The notes under the pieces are model-generated. The model was given only the letters and a program-made list of their open reading frames with translations. It made no database searches and was not told where the DNA came from. A stretch of DNA of 64,000 nucleotides, taken from contig JBAYNU010000003.1 of the NCBI GenBank assembly GCA_041678665.1, forward strand, positions 12,008 through 76,007, given 5' to 3'. The position numbers and the translations under genes are program-made. Positions 55,055 to 64,000 of this stretch are shown here, piece after piece (within the stretch, counting starts at the first letter, position 1; the number at the start of each line of letters is the position of its first letter). Source of the DNA: Candidatus Magasanikiibacteriota bacterium (GTDB taxonomy: Bacteria > Patescibacteriota > Patescibacteriia > Magasanikbacterales > GWA2-37-8).

Positions 55055-57610
55055 TTACAAGCTTGCTTCACTTAAGTCTATTTCCGCTGATTTTCCAACG
55101 GTGCCCAATTGCGAGTGTTCCATAATTTCGGCCTCTACTATTTCTTTAGGACGGCCATATTTGAGGCGTGATAATTCTTTGATTGCGGCCGCTAATTCTT
55201 TGTTGCCTTTTTGTGGCGGATAGGTCATCATATCAAATGGTTTGCAAGCAGTATTATTAATTAGAAGTTTAATGTAAGCGGTATATTGTTCCACATTAAC
55301 TAAATCATGAGCGTTAAATACCGGCATAAATTCTTTTTGTAAAATTTCGGCATCTTCGGGGCCAATTCGGAAACTGACAATCGTACCGGCGTTACCAATC
55401 ACAGCGTCACGGACGGTATTTTTACCTTTGTTGTCTATTAATTGCCCCATATATTGATGGGCTATAATTAAATCCAAACGATATTTGCGCGCTTCGGATA
55501 GAATTGTGGCGATAGAGTCGGTGATAAAATTTTGGAACTCATCAATATATAAATAAAAATCATGGCGCTCATCTTCGGGTAGAGACGCCCGTTCCATAGC
55601 GGCCATTTGTAGCTTTGACACGATAATCATGCCAAGCATGTTAGAGTTGATTTCACCTACGAGACCTTTGGCCAAATTTACTAAAAGGATTTTTTTCTTG
55701 TCCATTACTTCACGAAAATTAAAACCGGAACGTGATTGGCCAATAATATTACGCATCATTGAATTTTCCACAAAGCGGCCAACTTTGGAAATTAAATATC
55801 CCAGCATCTCTGATTTATGGAAATCGGATGTTTTGGCCATTTCTTTATCCCAAAAAGCCATTACCACCGGATCTTTAAGTTTCTTTTTCCAACCAGCTAC
55901 GAATGTGTCATCAGTAAACATGCGAGGAATTTCGGCAATGGTACCCGGGTTTTCCAGGTCAGACATAAGAGTCAACATTACGTTGCGCATATTATGTTCG
56001 AACATCGGACCAATCATGGATGGGTCGGTAACCATTTTATAAAACATGGAAATCATTTCTTGGGTGGCAAAATCTTTTTGTTCTTCGGTATGAACTTCCA
56101 ACATGTTTAAGCCCACCGGTCGGTCGGTGTCGGAAGGATTAAAATAAATTACATCATCAGCGCGTTCTTTGGGTACGTGTTGTAAAACATATTCTACAAA
56201 ATCACCGTGTGGATCAACCACACAAAGACCTTCGCCGTTAATTACGTCTTGTACGGCCATATTCTGAATAAATACTGATTTACCCACACCGGATTTACCG
56301 ATTGTATAAAGGTGACGACGGCGATCCGGCTTACTCATTCGTACTATTACTTCTTCTCCGCGGTATATCGAACGACCAAGCATAATACCTTCTTTGGGCA
56401 TGTCTATTGGTGGCGGAGCTTTGCGTGCTCCCAGCCAATTGATGCGAGGTGTTTCAGTGTTGGGGTTTGGCATATGCCAAAAAGAAGCCATCTCTTCGGT
56501 GTTCATTACCATATATTTTCCTTCGTGGAAAGAGCGGAAGATTGACTCGCGAATCAAGTTGGCCGGTCGACTGGGAACCGAAGCGGCGAAAGAGTTGCCA
56601 TAACGGTAAATATTATATTGACCGTAGGCATTGATGATATTTTGTAAGTTCATTACCGCTTTTGCTTTAGTACTGGCGGAACTTATTAGGCGAATGGTTA
56701 ATTCTAGACCGCCGTGGCTTATTTTTTCTTCCATGCTTTTTACCATTTCTTCTTCCATTTGAGTAAGGCGGTAAGCTTCACCAAAGCCACCCTGATTAGA
56801 GGCGTCTTTGTGTTTGGGAAACATAATGCGTTTCCAACGATAGATTCCACGAGTAAGCCAGCCGCGTTGAGCTACATATTCAAATTTTTGTCCTTCACGG
56901 ATGTCACGAATCATCCTTACTCCTTGTCGGCGCCACTTGGGCGATGCCGGACGAATTATATATTGGATGACCGCGCCTTCGTCTTCGGCAACTCTACTTA
57001 ATGGATTAAGCAAAGATAGCAAGGGATCACTTTCCATTTTTTTGTAAGTTTTGAAAGGAAAAGCTGGTCGGAATTGACTGAATAGGTAGGCTCCCACAAT
57101 ATGGCTTTGTGGTTTAAAAATATTATAATCAATTTCTTCGGTAATTTCGGCATGTGGGTACTGGGCGTGTATTTGTTGTCCGATAAAATCTTTAAATTTA
57201 TCAGGAATAGCAACATAAAAACAAATCTTACCATCGCGTACCACAATTTCAAAAGACAAGTGATCGTTGCGTCCTCTAAACCAAGAAATAATTCCGCTTT
57301 CACGTTTTAGCCCGGCTATTGCAGCAAATAAAGTATCAGCTACTGCAATTATTTCGCGGGTAAGATTAATATTGTCTTGGTTCATCATGTTGGGATTTTC
57401 GTTCTTTTTTTCTTTAGGTACCTTAATAAGCAAAATAGTGCGATGAAATGCTTTGCTAGTTCGGGTGCGGGCGCGCAAGAAGCCGCGTATCATAAATAGA
57501 ACAATGATAAAAATTAACATTCCAACGGCGTAAAGAAGTACATCAAACATAACGGGATATTGTGATAACCAGTTGAAGAAAATTTTTAGCAAATTGATTA
57601 AATCAGTCAT
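55055..57610 (-). CDS. VirD4/TraD-like coupling ATPase (CPR-conserved type)
   Basis: DRRRHLY..GKSGVGKS, DPHGD, YIDEFQNF, SEARKY, AHQY. Confidence 0.88.
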   Translation of the reverse strand: MTDLINLLKIFFNWLSQYPVMFDVLLYAVGMLIFIIVLFMIRGFLRARTRTSKAFHRTILLIKVPKEKKNENPNMMNQDNINLTREIIAVADTLFAAIAGLKRESGIISWFRGRNDHLSFEIVVRDGKICFYVAIPDKFKDFIGQQIHAQYPHAEITEEIDYNIFKPQSHIVGAYLFSQFRPAFPFKTYKKMESDPLLSLLNPLSRVAEDEGAVIQYIIRPASPKWRRQGVRMIRDIREGQKFEYVAQRGWLTRGIYRWKRIMFPKHKDASNQGGFGEAYRLTQMEEEMVKSMEEKISHGGLELTIRLISSASTKAKAVMNLQNIINAYGQYNIYRYGNSFAASVPSRPANLIRESIFRSFHEGKYMVMNTEEMASFWHMPNPNTETPRINWLGARKAPPPIDMPKEGIMLGRSIYRGEEVIVRMSKPDRRRHLYTIGKSGVGKSVFIQNMAVQDVINGEGLCVVDPHGDFVEYVLQHVPKERADDVIYFNPSDTDRPVGLNMLEVHTEEQKDFATQEMISMFYKMVTDPSMIGPMFEHNMRNVMLTLMSDLENPGTIAEIPRMFTDDTFVAGWKKKLKDPVVMAFWDKEMAKTSDFHKSEMLGYLISKVGRFVENSMMRNIIGQSRSGFNFREVMDKKKILLVNLAKGLVGEINSNMLGMIIVSKLQMAAMERASLPEDERHDFYLYIDEFQNFITDSIATILSEARKYRLDLIIAHQYMGQLIDNKGKNTVRDAVIGNAGTIVSFRIGPEDAEILQKEFMPVFNAHDLVNVEQYTAYIKLLINNTACKPFDMMTYPPQKGNKELAAAIKELSRLKYGRPKEIVEAEIMEHSQLGTVGKSAEIDLSEASL

Positions 57611-57675
57611 TTTTATAGTTTACAGTTTATAGTTCGTACTATAAACTGTAAATAATTTTGATAATAAAGCGATAT

Positions 57676-58206
57676 TTATTTTTTGTTTTTTAACATCAAT
57701 ATTTTATCGACTTTTATTTTAGCTTCTTGTTCCAAAAAGAAACGATTGATTCCCGGCAGTAGTTTAAGCCATTCAACAATCAATTGAAAAATCTTTTTTA
57801 CTTTAACATGCGTGGATTGCAGGAGTTCTTGAATTTTGGAAGCAGTTTCTTCGCCTTTAATTTTAAATTCCTGGCGGGCGATGGGCGAGAGGTTTTGGTA
57901 GACATCCAAAAGATCTTCCGACATTATTTTTTCAATTTTAACAGTAATTTCATCACGTACTTTCGGTAACGGAGGCGCGCTTTTACGAAAAATCGGCAAA
58001 CGTAGTTTTGGTTTGTTTTTTTCTGTTGACTGAGAATATTTTTGTTCACCGGCAGAAGTGTCAGTTTCTATGGCTTTTTCTGTTTCCATTGTTTTTGGTG
58101 GCTGTTCAGGGGTAATGGGCGCCGGCGGTATTTGTTCTGCAGTGGGCTTTATTGTTTCAGGGAGAATGGATTTTTCTTCTAAATTATCCTTGTTCATAAT
58201 GGTCAT
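57676..58206 (-). CDS. Hypothetical protein
   Basis: Low-complexity N-terminus; C-terminus WLKLLPGINRFFLEQEAKIK. Confidence 0.75.
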   Translation of the reverse strand: MTIMNKDNLEEKSILPETIKPTAEQIPPAPITPEQPPKTMETEKAIETDTSAGEQKYSQSTEKNKPKLRLPIFRKSAPPLPKVRDEITVKIEKIMSEDLLDVYQNLSPIARQEFKIKGEETASKIQELLQSTHVKVKKIFQLIVEWLKLLPGINRFFLEQEAKIKVDKILMLKNKK

Positions 58207-58373
58207 ATTATAGCATAATTAAAATAGCGCCGCAAACAGGTGGAGGCGGTAGTTTGGTGGATAAGTGGAAGTATGGTATAATATGATTAGTTGAAAGTTA
58301 TAAAGTTTATCAAGTCGAAAGTATTGGCGGTTCTCACTTCGACTTTATAACTTTATAATTTTATAACTTCGAT

Positions 58374-59300
58374 ATGAAAACAATTCAAGAAATTCAATCC
58401 AATGGCTTGATGTGGGTTGATGTTAGTAAACAAGGGGTAAAAGAATTAGCCGAAATCCAAAAACGTTTTGGATTTTCCGAACAAGACATTAAAGAAAGTT
58501 TGCCTCCTTATCAGCGACCAAAAATAGTCAAACATTTGGATTATTATTTTATGGTATTACATTTTCCAATTTTTGATCGCGATACCAAACGTTTAAGTTT
58601 TACCGAAGTAGACTTCTTTTTAAGTGGTAGCTGTTTGGTTACGATACACAGCAGTCAATTGCATGTTATTGAAATGTTTTTTACCGAATGCCGTAAAAAT
58701 ATCGAAAAACAGAATGAATATTTTCAGGGTACGGCCGTGCATATTTTGTTTGAGCTTGTTAGTCGGTTGCTGGACTCCATTTTTCCGATTCTTTTGCATG
58801 TTAATGAAGATATTAATTTTGTGGATAAAAAATTATTCTCTCAAACGCCCAGTCGCGCCATGGCCGAAGAGATTTTACGCCTCAAAACTAATGTGGTAAC
58901 TTTTAGGCGTACTATGCAAGGGCACCGCACTGTGCTTGAGCGGTTAATTATGTATAGTGGGCATGATTTAGATGTCGGGTCTTTTCAAAGCTATATAAAT
59001 AACTTACGCGAGTTTACTAATGAAATTTGGCACATGTTAGAAAGCCAAAAAGAAAGTATTAATGCTCTGCATGAGACCAATGAATCGCTGGTAAATTTAC
59101 GTACCAATCAAGTCATGAAAACTCTCACTATTATTTCGGTGGTAACTTTTCCGCTTACTTTGTTTGTGGCCTGGACAGATGTAAAAGCCGGGGGTAATTT
59201 CTTTTCTGTTATACCTGGGGGATTTTGGCTTGTTACGGCGCTGATGATTATTGGCGGGCTTTCCATGGTGTATTCGTTCAAAAAGAAGGATTGGCTATAG
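58374..59300 (+). CDS. corA: CorA-family divalent cation transporter
   Basis: QRPK, FMVLHFP, TNQVMKTLT, two C-terminal TMs, KKKDWL; GMN signature absent. Confidence 0.85.
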   Translation: MKTIQEIQSNGLMWVDVSKQGVKELAEIQKRFGFSEQDIKESLPPYQRPKIVKHLDYYFMVLHFPIFDRDTKRLSFTEVDFFLSGSCLVTIHSSQLHVIEMFFTECRKNIEKQNEYFQGTAVHILFELVSRLLDSIFPILLHVNEDINFVDKKLFSQTPSRAMAEEILRLKTNVVTFRRTMQGHRTVLERLIMYSGHDLDVGSFQSYINNLREFTNEIWHMLESQKESINALHETNESLVNLRTNQVMKTLTIISVVTFPLTLFVAWTDVKAGGNFFSVIPGGFWLVTALMIIGGLSMVYSFKKKDWL

Positions 59301-59352
59301 AGTTTTGTTTTTAAATAAAAACAGCCTCGTATATTTTGAGGCTGTTTTTTAG

Positions 59353-60729
59353 TTATTTTTTTATAATATTCATTCCATCCTTTGTGTCTTTTACCACATA
59401 TCCTGATTTTTCAAGTTCGTCGCGTAGTTCGTCGGATTTAGTCCAGTTTTTTTCGGCGCGGGCGGCAGCGCGTTCGGTGATTAGTTTTTTTACTTCACTT
59501 GGAATCTCAATATTGGTTTCGTTTTTATTTTTTATTTCCTGTTCTTTGATTTGTAAGCCGAGCACTTCGTCGAATTTGTACAATGTTTCTAAGGAAAAGT
59601 CACCATCCTTTAATCCTTGCCACACCCAACTTAGCGCGCCCGGCACGTCAAGATCGTTATTAATTTTTTCTAAAAATTTATTTTTAAAAAACGAACTCGG
59701 TTTTTTATTATCGGATAATTTTTTTGCTTTTTCGTAAAAATTATTAAGTCCATTTTGTGCCGCTTGAAGCGCTTCCCAAGAAAAAGTCAGTTGTTTGCGG
59801 TAATGAGTTTGTAAAAGTAGATAGCGATAGGCGAGCGGGGAGATGCCTCTGTCTTTGATGGTTTGCAAAGTGATAAAGTTTCTTTCGGATTTAGCCATTT
59901 TAGCATCGCCAGTTAGTAAAAATTCTCCATGTAACCAGTAATTTGCCAAGGGCCTGCCGTTAGCCGCTTCGCTTTGGGCTATTTCATTAGTGTGATGCAC
60001 CGGAATATGATCAATGCCACCGCAGTGAATATCAAAGGGTTGTCCTAAATATTTTTCGGCCATAGCGCTGCATTCAATGTGCCAGCCCGGAAAACCGATT
60101 CCCCATGGGCTTTCCCATTCCATTTGGCGCTTGATTAACGGCGGAGAGAATTTCCACAAAGCAAAATCAGTCGGATTTTTTTTGGCGCCCATGCTGATAC
60201 GCACACCCGCTCTAAGTTCTTGTTTTTTTAAATTGGCCAATTTACCGTAGTCGGTTAGTTTGGAAGTGTCAAAATAAATACCATCCAATGTCTTATAGGT
60301 GAATCCCTTTCTTTCCAATTTTTTTATTAATTTAATTTGTTCTTTAATGTGTTCGGTGGCGCGGCACCAGATATTCGGTTCCGAAATATTAAGCTCGGCA
60401 AGATCTTTGCGAAAAGCGATGGTATAGAAACTGGCAATTTCCCAAGCGCTTTTACCTGCGCGCGCCGCCTCGCGTTCCATTTTATCTTCACCCTCATCGG
60501 CATCACTCGTTAAATGTCCAACATCAGTGATGTTCATTACATGTTTGATTTTGTAACCGTTAAATTTAAAAACTCGCTTTAAAATATCTTCAAATACATA
60601 AGTGCGCAGATTGCCGATGTGCGCATAATTATAAACCGTAGGACCGCAAGTATACAAATTCACTTTGCCTTTTTTGAGCGGTTTGAAATTTTCGATTTTA
60701 TGGGAGAGAGTATTAAAGAGAGTAATCAT
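59353..60729 (-). CDS. cysS: Cysteine-tRNA ligase
   Basis: CGPTVY..HIGN, PGWHIEC, KMAKS. Confidence 0.97.
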   Translation of the reverse strand: MITLFNTLSHKIENFKPLKKGKVNLYTCGPTVYNYAHIGNLRTYVFEDILKRVFKFNGYKIKHVMNITDVGHLTSDADEGEDKMEREAARAGKSAWEIASFYTIAFRKDLAELNISEPNIWCRATEHIKEQIKLIKKLERKGFTYKTLDGIYFDTSKLTDYGKLANLKKQELRAGVRISMGAKKNPTDFALWKFSPPLIKRQMEWESPWGIGFPGWHIECSAMAEKYLGQPFDIHCGGIDHIPVHHTNEIAQSEAANGRPLANYWLHGEFLLTGDAKMAKSERNFITLQTIKDRGISPLAYRYLLLQTHYRKQLTFSWEALQAAQNGLNNFYEKAKKLSDNKKPSSFFKNKFLEKINNDLDVPGALSWVWQGLKDGDFSLETLYKFDEVLGLQIKEQEIKNKNETNIEIPSEVKKLITERAAARAEKNWTKSDELRDELEKSGYVVKDTKDGMNIIKK

Positions 60730-60886
60730 AGTTTTTAGTTTTTAGCTGTTAGGTAACGATCGGGCGCTGTCTAAAAGCTATAAGCTACAAGCTATCAGCT
60801 ATTATATCTCATTTCTTTCTACTTATCAACTTATCAACAGGGGCTATGGTGGCAATTGGCAAAATTTGATATAATAGACATTAGCT

Positions 60887-62041
60887 ATGTCGTTATTCTT
60901 TAAGCCAAAAGCCTGTCTCGGGGTAGATTTGGGGGCAGGCGGAATTAAAATGGTAGAATTAATCCAAGAAAAAAAGCGGCCGGTGCTGCGTACTTTTGGT
61001 TACACTTCCGATGTTGATAAAAATGCGGTGCAATTAGACATTTTTTTTAAGGCATTTACTTCCAATAATTTATTAGACAAAAAGAATAATGTCGATTCGG
61101 TTAATTCATCAATGACCGATTTGTATTTTAATGCCGACCAAGTTAAAGAGCGCGCCATTGTTTTGAAGGGTGTATATAAAAAATGCAAGGCGACATCCAA
61201 AGCGGCGGTAGTTAGTTTGCCGGCGTCAGCGGTTTTTCATGCTATTGTAACTATCCCCAAAACCGATAAAGATGAATTTAATTCTGTTTTGAAAGCGGAA
61301 ATTACTAAGTTATTACCTATTCCTCTCTCAGAGATGATGCTTGATTATCAGATTATTTCCAAAGAAAAAGAAAGTAATAGCCAAAAAGTATTGGTTAATG
61401 CGGTGCCGCGTTCTTTGGTGGTATTTTATACGCAAATTTTTACTCGAGCAGGACTTCGCTTGGAGGCGTTAGAGCCAGAGTCCACCGCTTTGGCGCGCGC
61501 TTTGGTTGGTAGAGATACCAGCGTCACTATGATTATTGATATTGGCGCCGAGCGTACTAATTTTTTTATTGTCGATCAAGGCATTCCGATTACTCGTCAC
61601 AGTGTTGAGTCGGGAGGCGGCAAAATCACTTCTACCATAAAAGAAATTTTAGGGGTTGAAGATGGTTTGGCGGAACAAATTAAATATGATTTATTTAAGT
61701 TTTTAGAAACAGATCAAGAAAAAACATTGCCAGCTAAGGATTTACTTAAAATATTATCTTCGGTTGTTGATCCAATTACAAAAGAAGTTCAATATGGTTT
61801 TGATCTATATTTGCATCAGATTGGTAACGAGAATAAACGTCCTGAAAAAATCATTTTAACTGGTGGTGGATCATTCTTGCCGTTTTTGTCGGATTATTTA
61901 TCAGAGCAGTTTAAGATGAAATGTTATGTCGGTGATCCGTGGGCGCGTTTGGTTTATCAAGAAGATCTAAAGCCGGTTTTGTCCGAGATTGGACCAAGAA
62001 TGACGGCGGTAATTGGATTGGCTTTGCGTAATATGGTATGA
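60887..62041 (+). CDS. pilM: Type IV pilus assembly protein PilM
   Basis: GVDLG..IK, IDIGAERT, ILTGGG, IGLALR. Confidence 0.9.
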   Translation: MSLFFKPKACLGVDLGAGGIKMVELIQEKKRPVLRTFGYTSDVDKNAVQLDIFFKAFTSNNLLDKKNNVDSVNSSMTDLYFNADQVKERAIVLKGVYKKCKATSKAAVVSLPASAVFHAIVTIPKTDKDEFNSVLKAEITKLLPIPLSEMMLDYQIISKEKESNSQKVLVNAVPRSLVVFYTQIFTRAGLRLEALEPESTALARALVGRDTSVTMIIDIGAERTNFFIVDQGIPITRHSVESGGGKITSTIKEILGVEDGLAEQIKYDLFKFLETDQEKTLPAKDLLKILSSVVDPITKEVQYGFDLYLHQIGNENKRPEKIILTGGGSFLPFLSDYLSEQFKMKCYVGDPWARLVYQEDLKPVLSEIGPRMTAVIGLALRNMV

Positions 62042-62076
62042 TTATTATATAAATCAGTCCACTAAACTTTATTTGT

Positions 62077-62460
62077 ATGTCGATTAATGAGAAAATGCAT
62101 GTATTATTAGTAGAAGACGACGCTTTTTTGTCTCAAATTTATCAAAAGAAGTTTGAAATGGAGGGGTTCAAAATTAGTATTGCCGATAATGGAGAAAAGG
62201 GGTTGTCTGAGGCAAGAAAGAAAAAACCGAGTATTATTTTATTGGATGTTTTGTTGCCAAAAATGGATGGTTTTGTGGTTTTAGAAAATTTAAAAAATAG
62301 TTTAGAAACAAAAGATATTCCCGTAATTCTTCTTACTAATCTTGGCCAGAAAGAAGATGTGGATAAAGGTTTGGCAGTAGGGGCAGTAGATTATCTCATC
62401 AAAGCGCATTTTAAGCCATCAGAAGTAGTGGATAAAGTAAAAAAAGTTTTGAGTTTATAA
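62077..62460 (+). CDS. Single-domain response regulator
   Basis: VEDD, LLDVLLPKMDG, LTN, DYLIK. Confidence 0.93.
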   Translation: MSINEKMHVLLVEDDAFLSQIYQKKFEMEGFKISIADNGEKGLSEARKKKPSIILLDVLLPKMDGFVVLENLKNSLETKDIPVILLTNLGQKEDVDKGLAVGAVDYLIKAHFKPSEVVDKVKKVLSL

Positions 62461-62509
62461 TATTAGAGTAGTATTTTATGGTAAATAATTTTAGAAGGGG
62501 GGTGAAATT

Positions 62510-62944
62510 ATGAACAAGAAAGGCTTTACTTTAATAGAATTATTGGTGGTGATTGCCATTATTGGTTTGCTATCTACTTTGGCCGTCGTAGCTTTGGGTC
62601 AGGCTCGTTTAAAAGCGCGTGATTCCAAGCGTTTAGCCGACCTTAAGCAACTTCAAACCGCTCTTGAGCTTTACTATACCGATAATAATGCCTACCCAGA
62701 TGGGTCGGGATTAGTTTTGGGCGAAGCAGATACCGCTCAGTGTTTGGACAGCACCGGATTTAAGGACACTTGTGCCGCCGATGCATATATGGGACAAGTA
62801 CCAGAGGATCCAAATACCGCTGCTTATCATTATACTTATACCGCCGCCTCTAGTTCTTATGCTGTAGCGGCGACTCTAGAAGGCGCTACCAGCGGTTTAG
62901 ACGCCGGTAGTATCACCTTATCTCCGGCTGGTATCAGAAATTAA
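62510..62944 (+). CDS. Type IV pilin (prepilin)
   Basis: KKG|FTLIELLVVIAIIG cleavage/methylation motif; strong SD. Confidence 0.93.
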   Translation: MNKKGFTLIELLVVIAIIGLLSTLAVVALGQARLKARDSKRLADLKQLQTALELYYTDNNAYPDGSGLVLGEADTAQCLDSTGFKDTCAADAYMGQVPEDPNTAAYHYTYTAASSSYAVAATLEGATSGLDAGSITLSPAGIRN

Positions 62945-63051
62945 TAGCAAAATTTTAAATAGTGAAAACCACTTCACTCCGAGAATTCGGGATTGAGGTG
63001 GTTTTGTTTTTATTAATGTTATGGTATAATTCTATTATTAAAATATTCAGC

Positions 63052-63864
63052 ATGTTAAATATCGTTTACCATTTTTATATTGTCTTGGGGTGGGGTTTTT
63101 ATTTGGTTTTGTTTTTTTTAGGTACTATTTTGGGCAGTTTTTTGAATTCATGGATTTGGCGTACCCGAGAAAATATTAAGATTTTTACCACTGGTCGCAG
63201 TGTGTGTTATCATTGCCATCGTCAACTCTTGTGGTATGAAAATATCCCCTTATTTAGTTGTATTTTTTTAAAAAGGCAGTGCCACTGTTGTCATAATTTT
63301 ATCCCATTACGTTATCCTTTGGTTGAATTTTTTGCCGGAGTTTTGTTGGTTTTTGTGGGCTGGCATCATATTGAGGTGTTGGGGAAATTTAATTTTTTAT
63401 GGTGGTGTCGGGATATAATGTTTGTGACTTTTTTAATTATAATTTTTGTTTATGATCTTTTATATCAGGAGATTCTTCCTAGTTTAATATGGTTGGGAGT
63501 AACCTTGGGTTTTTTATTAAATTATTATATTTTAGGATATTCGGTAAATACTATGGTGGCGGGTGCATTTGTGGCTGGTGGATTTTTTGGTCTACAGTAT
63601 TTGATTTCGCGCGGGCGTTGGATCGGCGGCGGTGATGTGCGTCTTGGGGTTTTGATGGGTATTTGGCTGGGATTTTATGGCACGCTTGTGGCCATTTTGT
63701 TTGCTTATTTTAGCGGGGCTCTTATGGCTATTATTTTATTACTTACTAAAAAAGCCAATTCTAAAACAGCCATACCATTTGGTACGTTCTTGGCTTTAGG
63801 AACTTTTGTTGCTATGTATTATGGCGGACAGGTAGTTAATTGGTATATTGGGTTAATAAGATAG
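63052..63864 (+). CDS. pilD: Prepilin peptidase
   Basis: GSFLN, RSVC..C, ENIP, YD, GGGD, PFG; start ATG 63052. Confidence 0.92.
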   Translation: MLNIVYHFYIVLGWGFYLVLFFLGTILGSFLNSWIWRTRENIKIFTTGRSVCYHCHRQLLWYENIPLFSCIFLKRQCHCCHNFIPLRYPLVEFFAGVLLVFVGWHHIEVLGKFNFLWWCRDIMFVTFLIIIFVYDLLYQEILPSLIWLGVTLGFLLNYYILGYSVNTMVAGAFVAGGFFGLQYLISRGRWIGGGDVRLGVLMGIWLGFYGTLVAILFAYFSGALMAIILLLTKKANSKTAIPFGTFLALGTFVAMYYGGQVVNWYIGLIR

Positions 63865-63867
63865 TTT

Positions 63868-64000
63868 ATGGAAAAAATAGAATTAAAGAACAGGATAAAA
63901 AAAATGCGAGCGCAAATTGATGATTTGCGTTATCGTTACCATGTTCTTAATGATCCCGAAGTAACTGATACCATGTATGATGGGCTAATGAACGAACTAC
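63868..64000 (+). CDS. ligA: NAD-dependent DNA ligase (5' part, truncated by window)
   Basis: Manual translation MEKIELKNRIK...YRYHVLNDPEVTDTMYDGLMNEL. Confidence 0.88.
   Translation, partial: MEKIELKNRIKKMRAQIDDLRYRYHVLNDPEVTDTMYDGLMNEL

Noticed and set aside
55055-57610. VirD4-like ATPase as evidence of a conjugative element
   Set aside because: It lies among housekeeping genes outside both islands, with no relaxase or mating-pair genes nearby
1-64000. CRISPR array, rRNA, self-splicing introns, or TGA recoding (code 25)
   Set aside because: No regularly spaced repeat-spacer units, rRNA or intron signatures were seen; TGA terminates conserved genes (xseA, pyrH, ftsX) at expected lengths

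Overview
Bacterial chromosomal window, AT-rich, standard code 11, mostly lacking Shine-Dalgarno sites. Its gene set fits a Patescibacteria/CPR organism (inference: archaeal-type pyrH, conserved VirD4-like ATPase, pilM/pilin/pilD, tRNAs mostly without encoded CCA). The housekeeping backbone includes ndk, rpmB, xseA/B, pyrH, rplJ/L with the L10 leader, murE, prsA, ftsEX, dnaX, cysS, ligA and six tRNAs. Two tRNA-integrated large-serine-recombinase (LSR) islands interrupt it. Island 1 (~26724-42291, tRNA-Gly) carries primase-helicase, ParB/MTase, a GHKL-ATPase operon, an HpaII-like MTase and a MIG-like glycosylase. Island 2 (~47056-52453, tRNA-Gln) carries a HEPN protein, a type II RM pair, a nuclease and an XRE regulator. 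The main observation is that in both islands attP lies inside the integrase 3' end. The integrated gene stops inside the tRNA, and the missing in-frame C-terminal tail (each with an (I/V)RT motif) sits at the far end of the island. Island 2 also has a near-perfect, inverted, permuted copy of its intact attP in the integrase leader. Other signals: a 6S-like ncRNA candidate, two structured leader RNAs in island 1, a dehydrogenase/acyl-ligase/ThiF/nitroreductase/sensor-kinase cluster, a translin homologue, and REP-like palindromes, one possibly inside dnaX.
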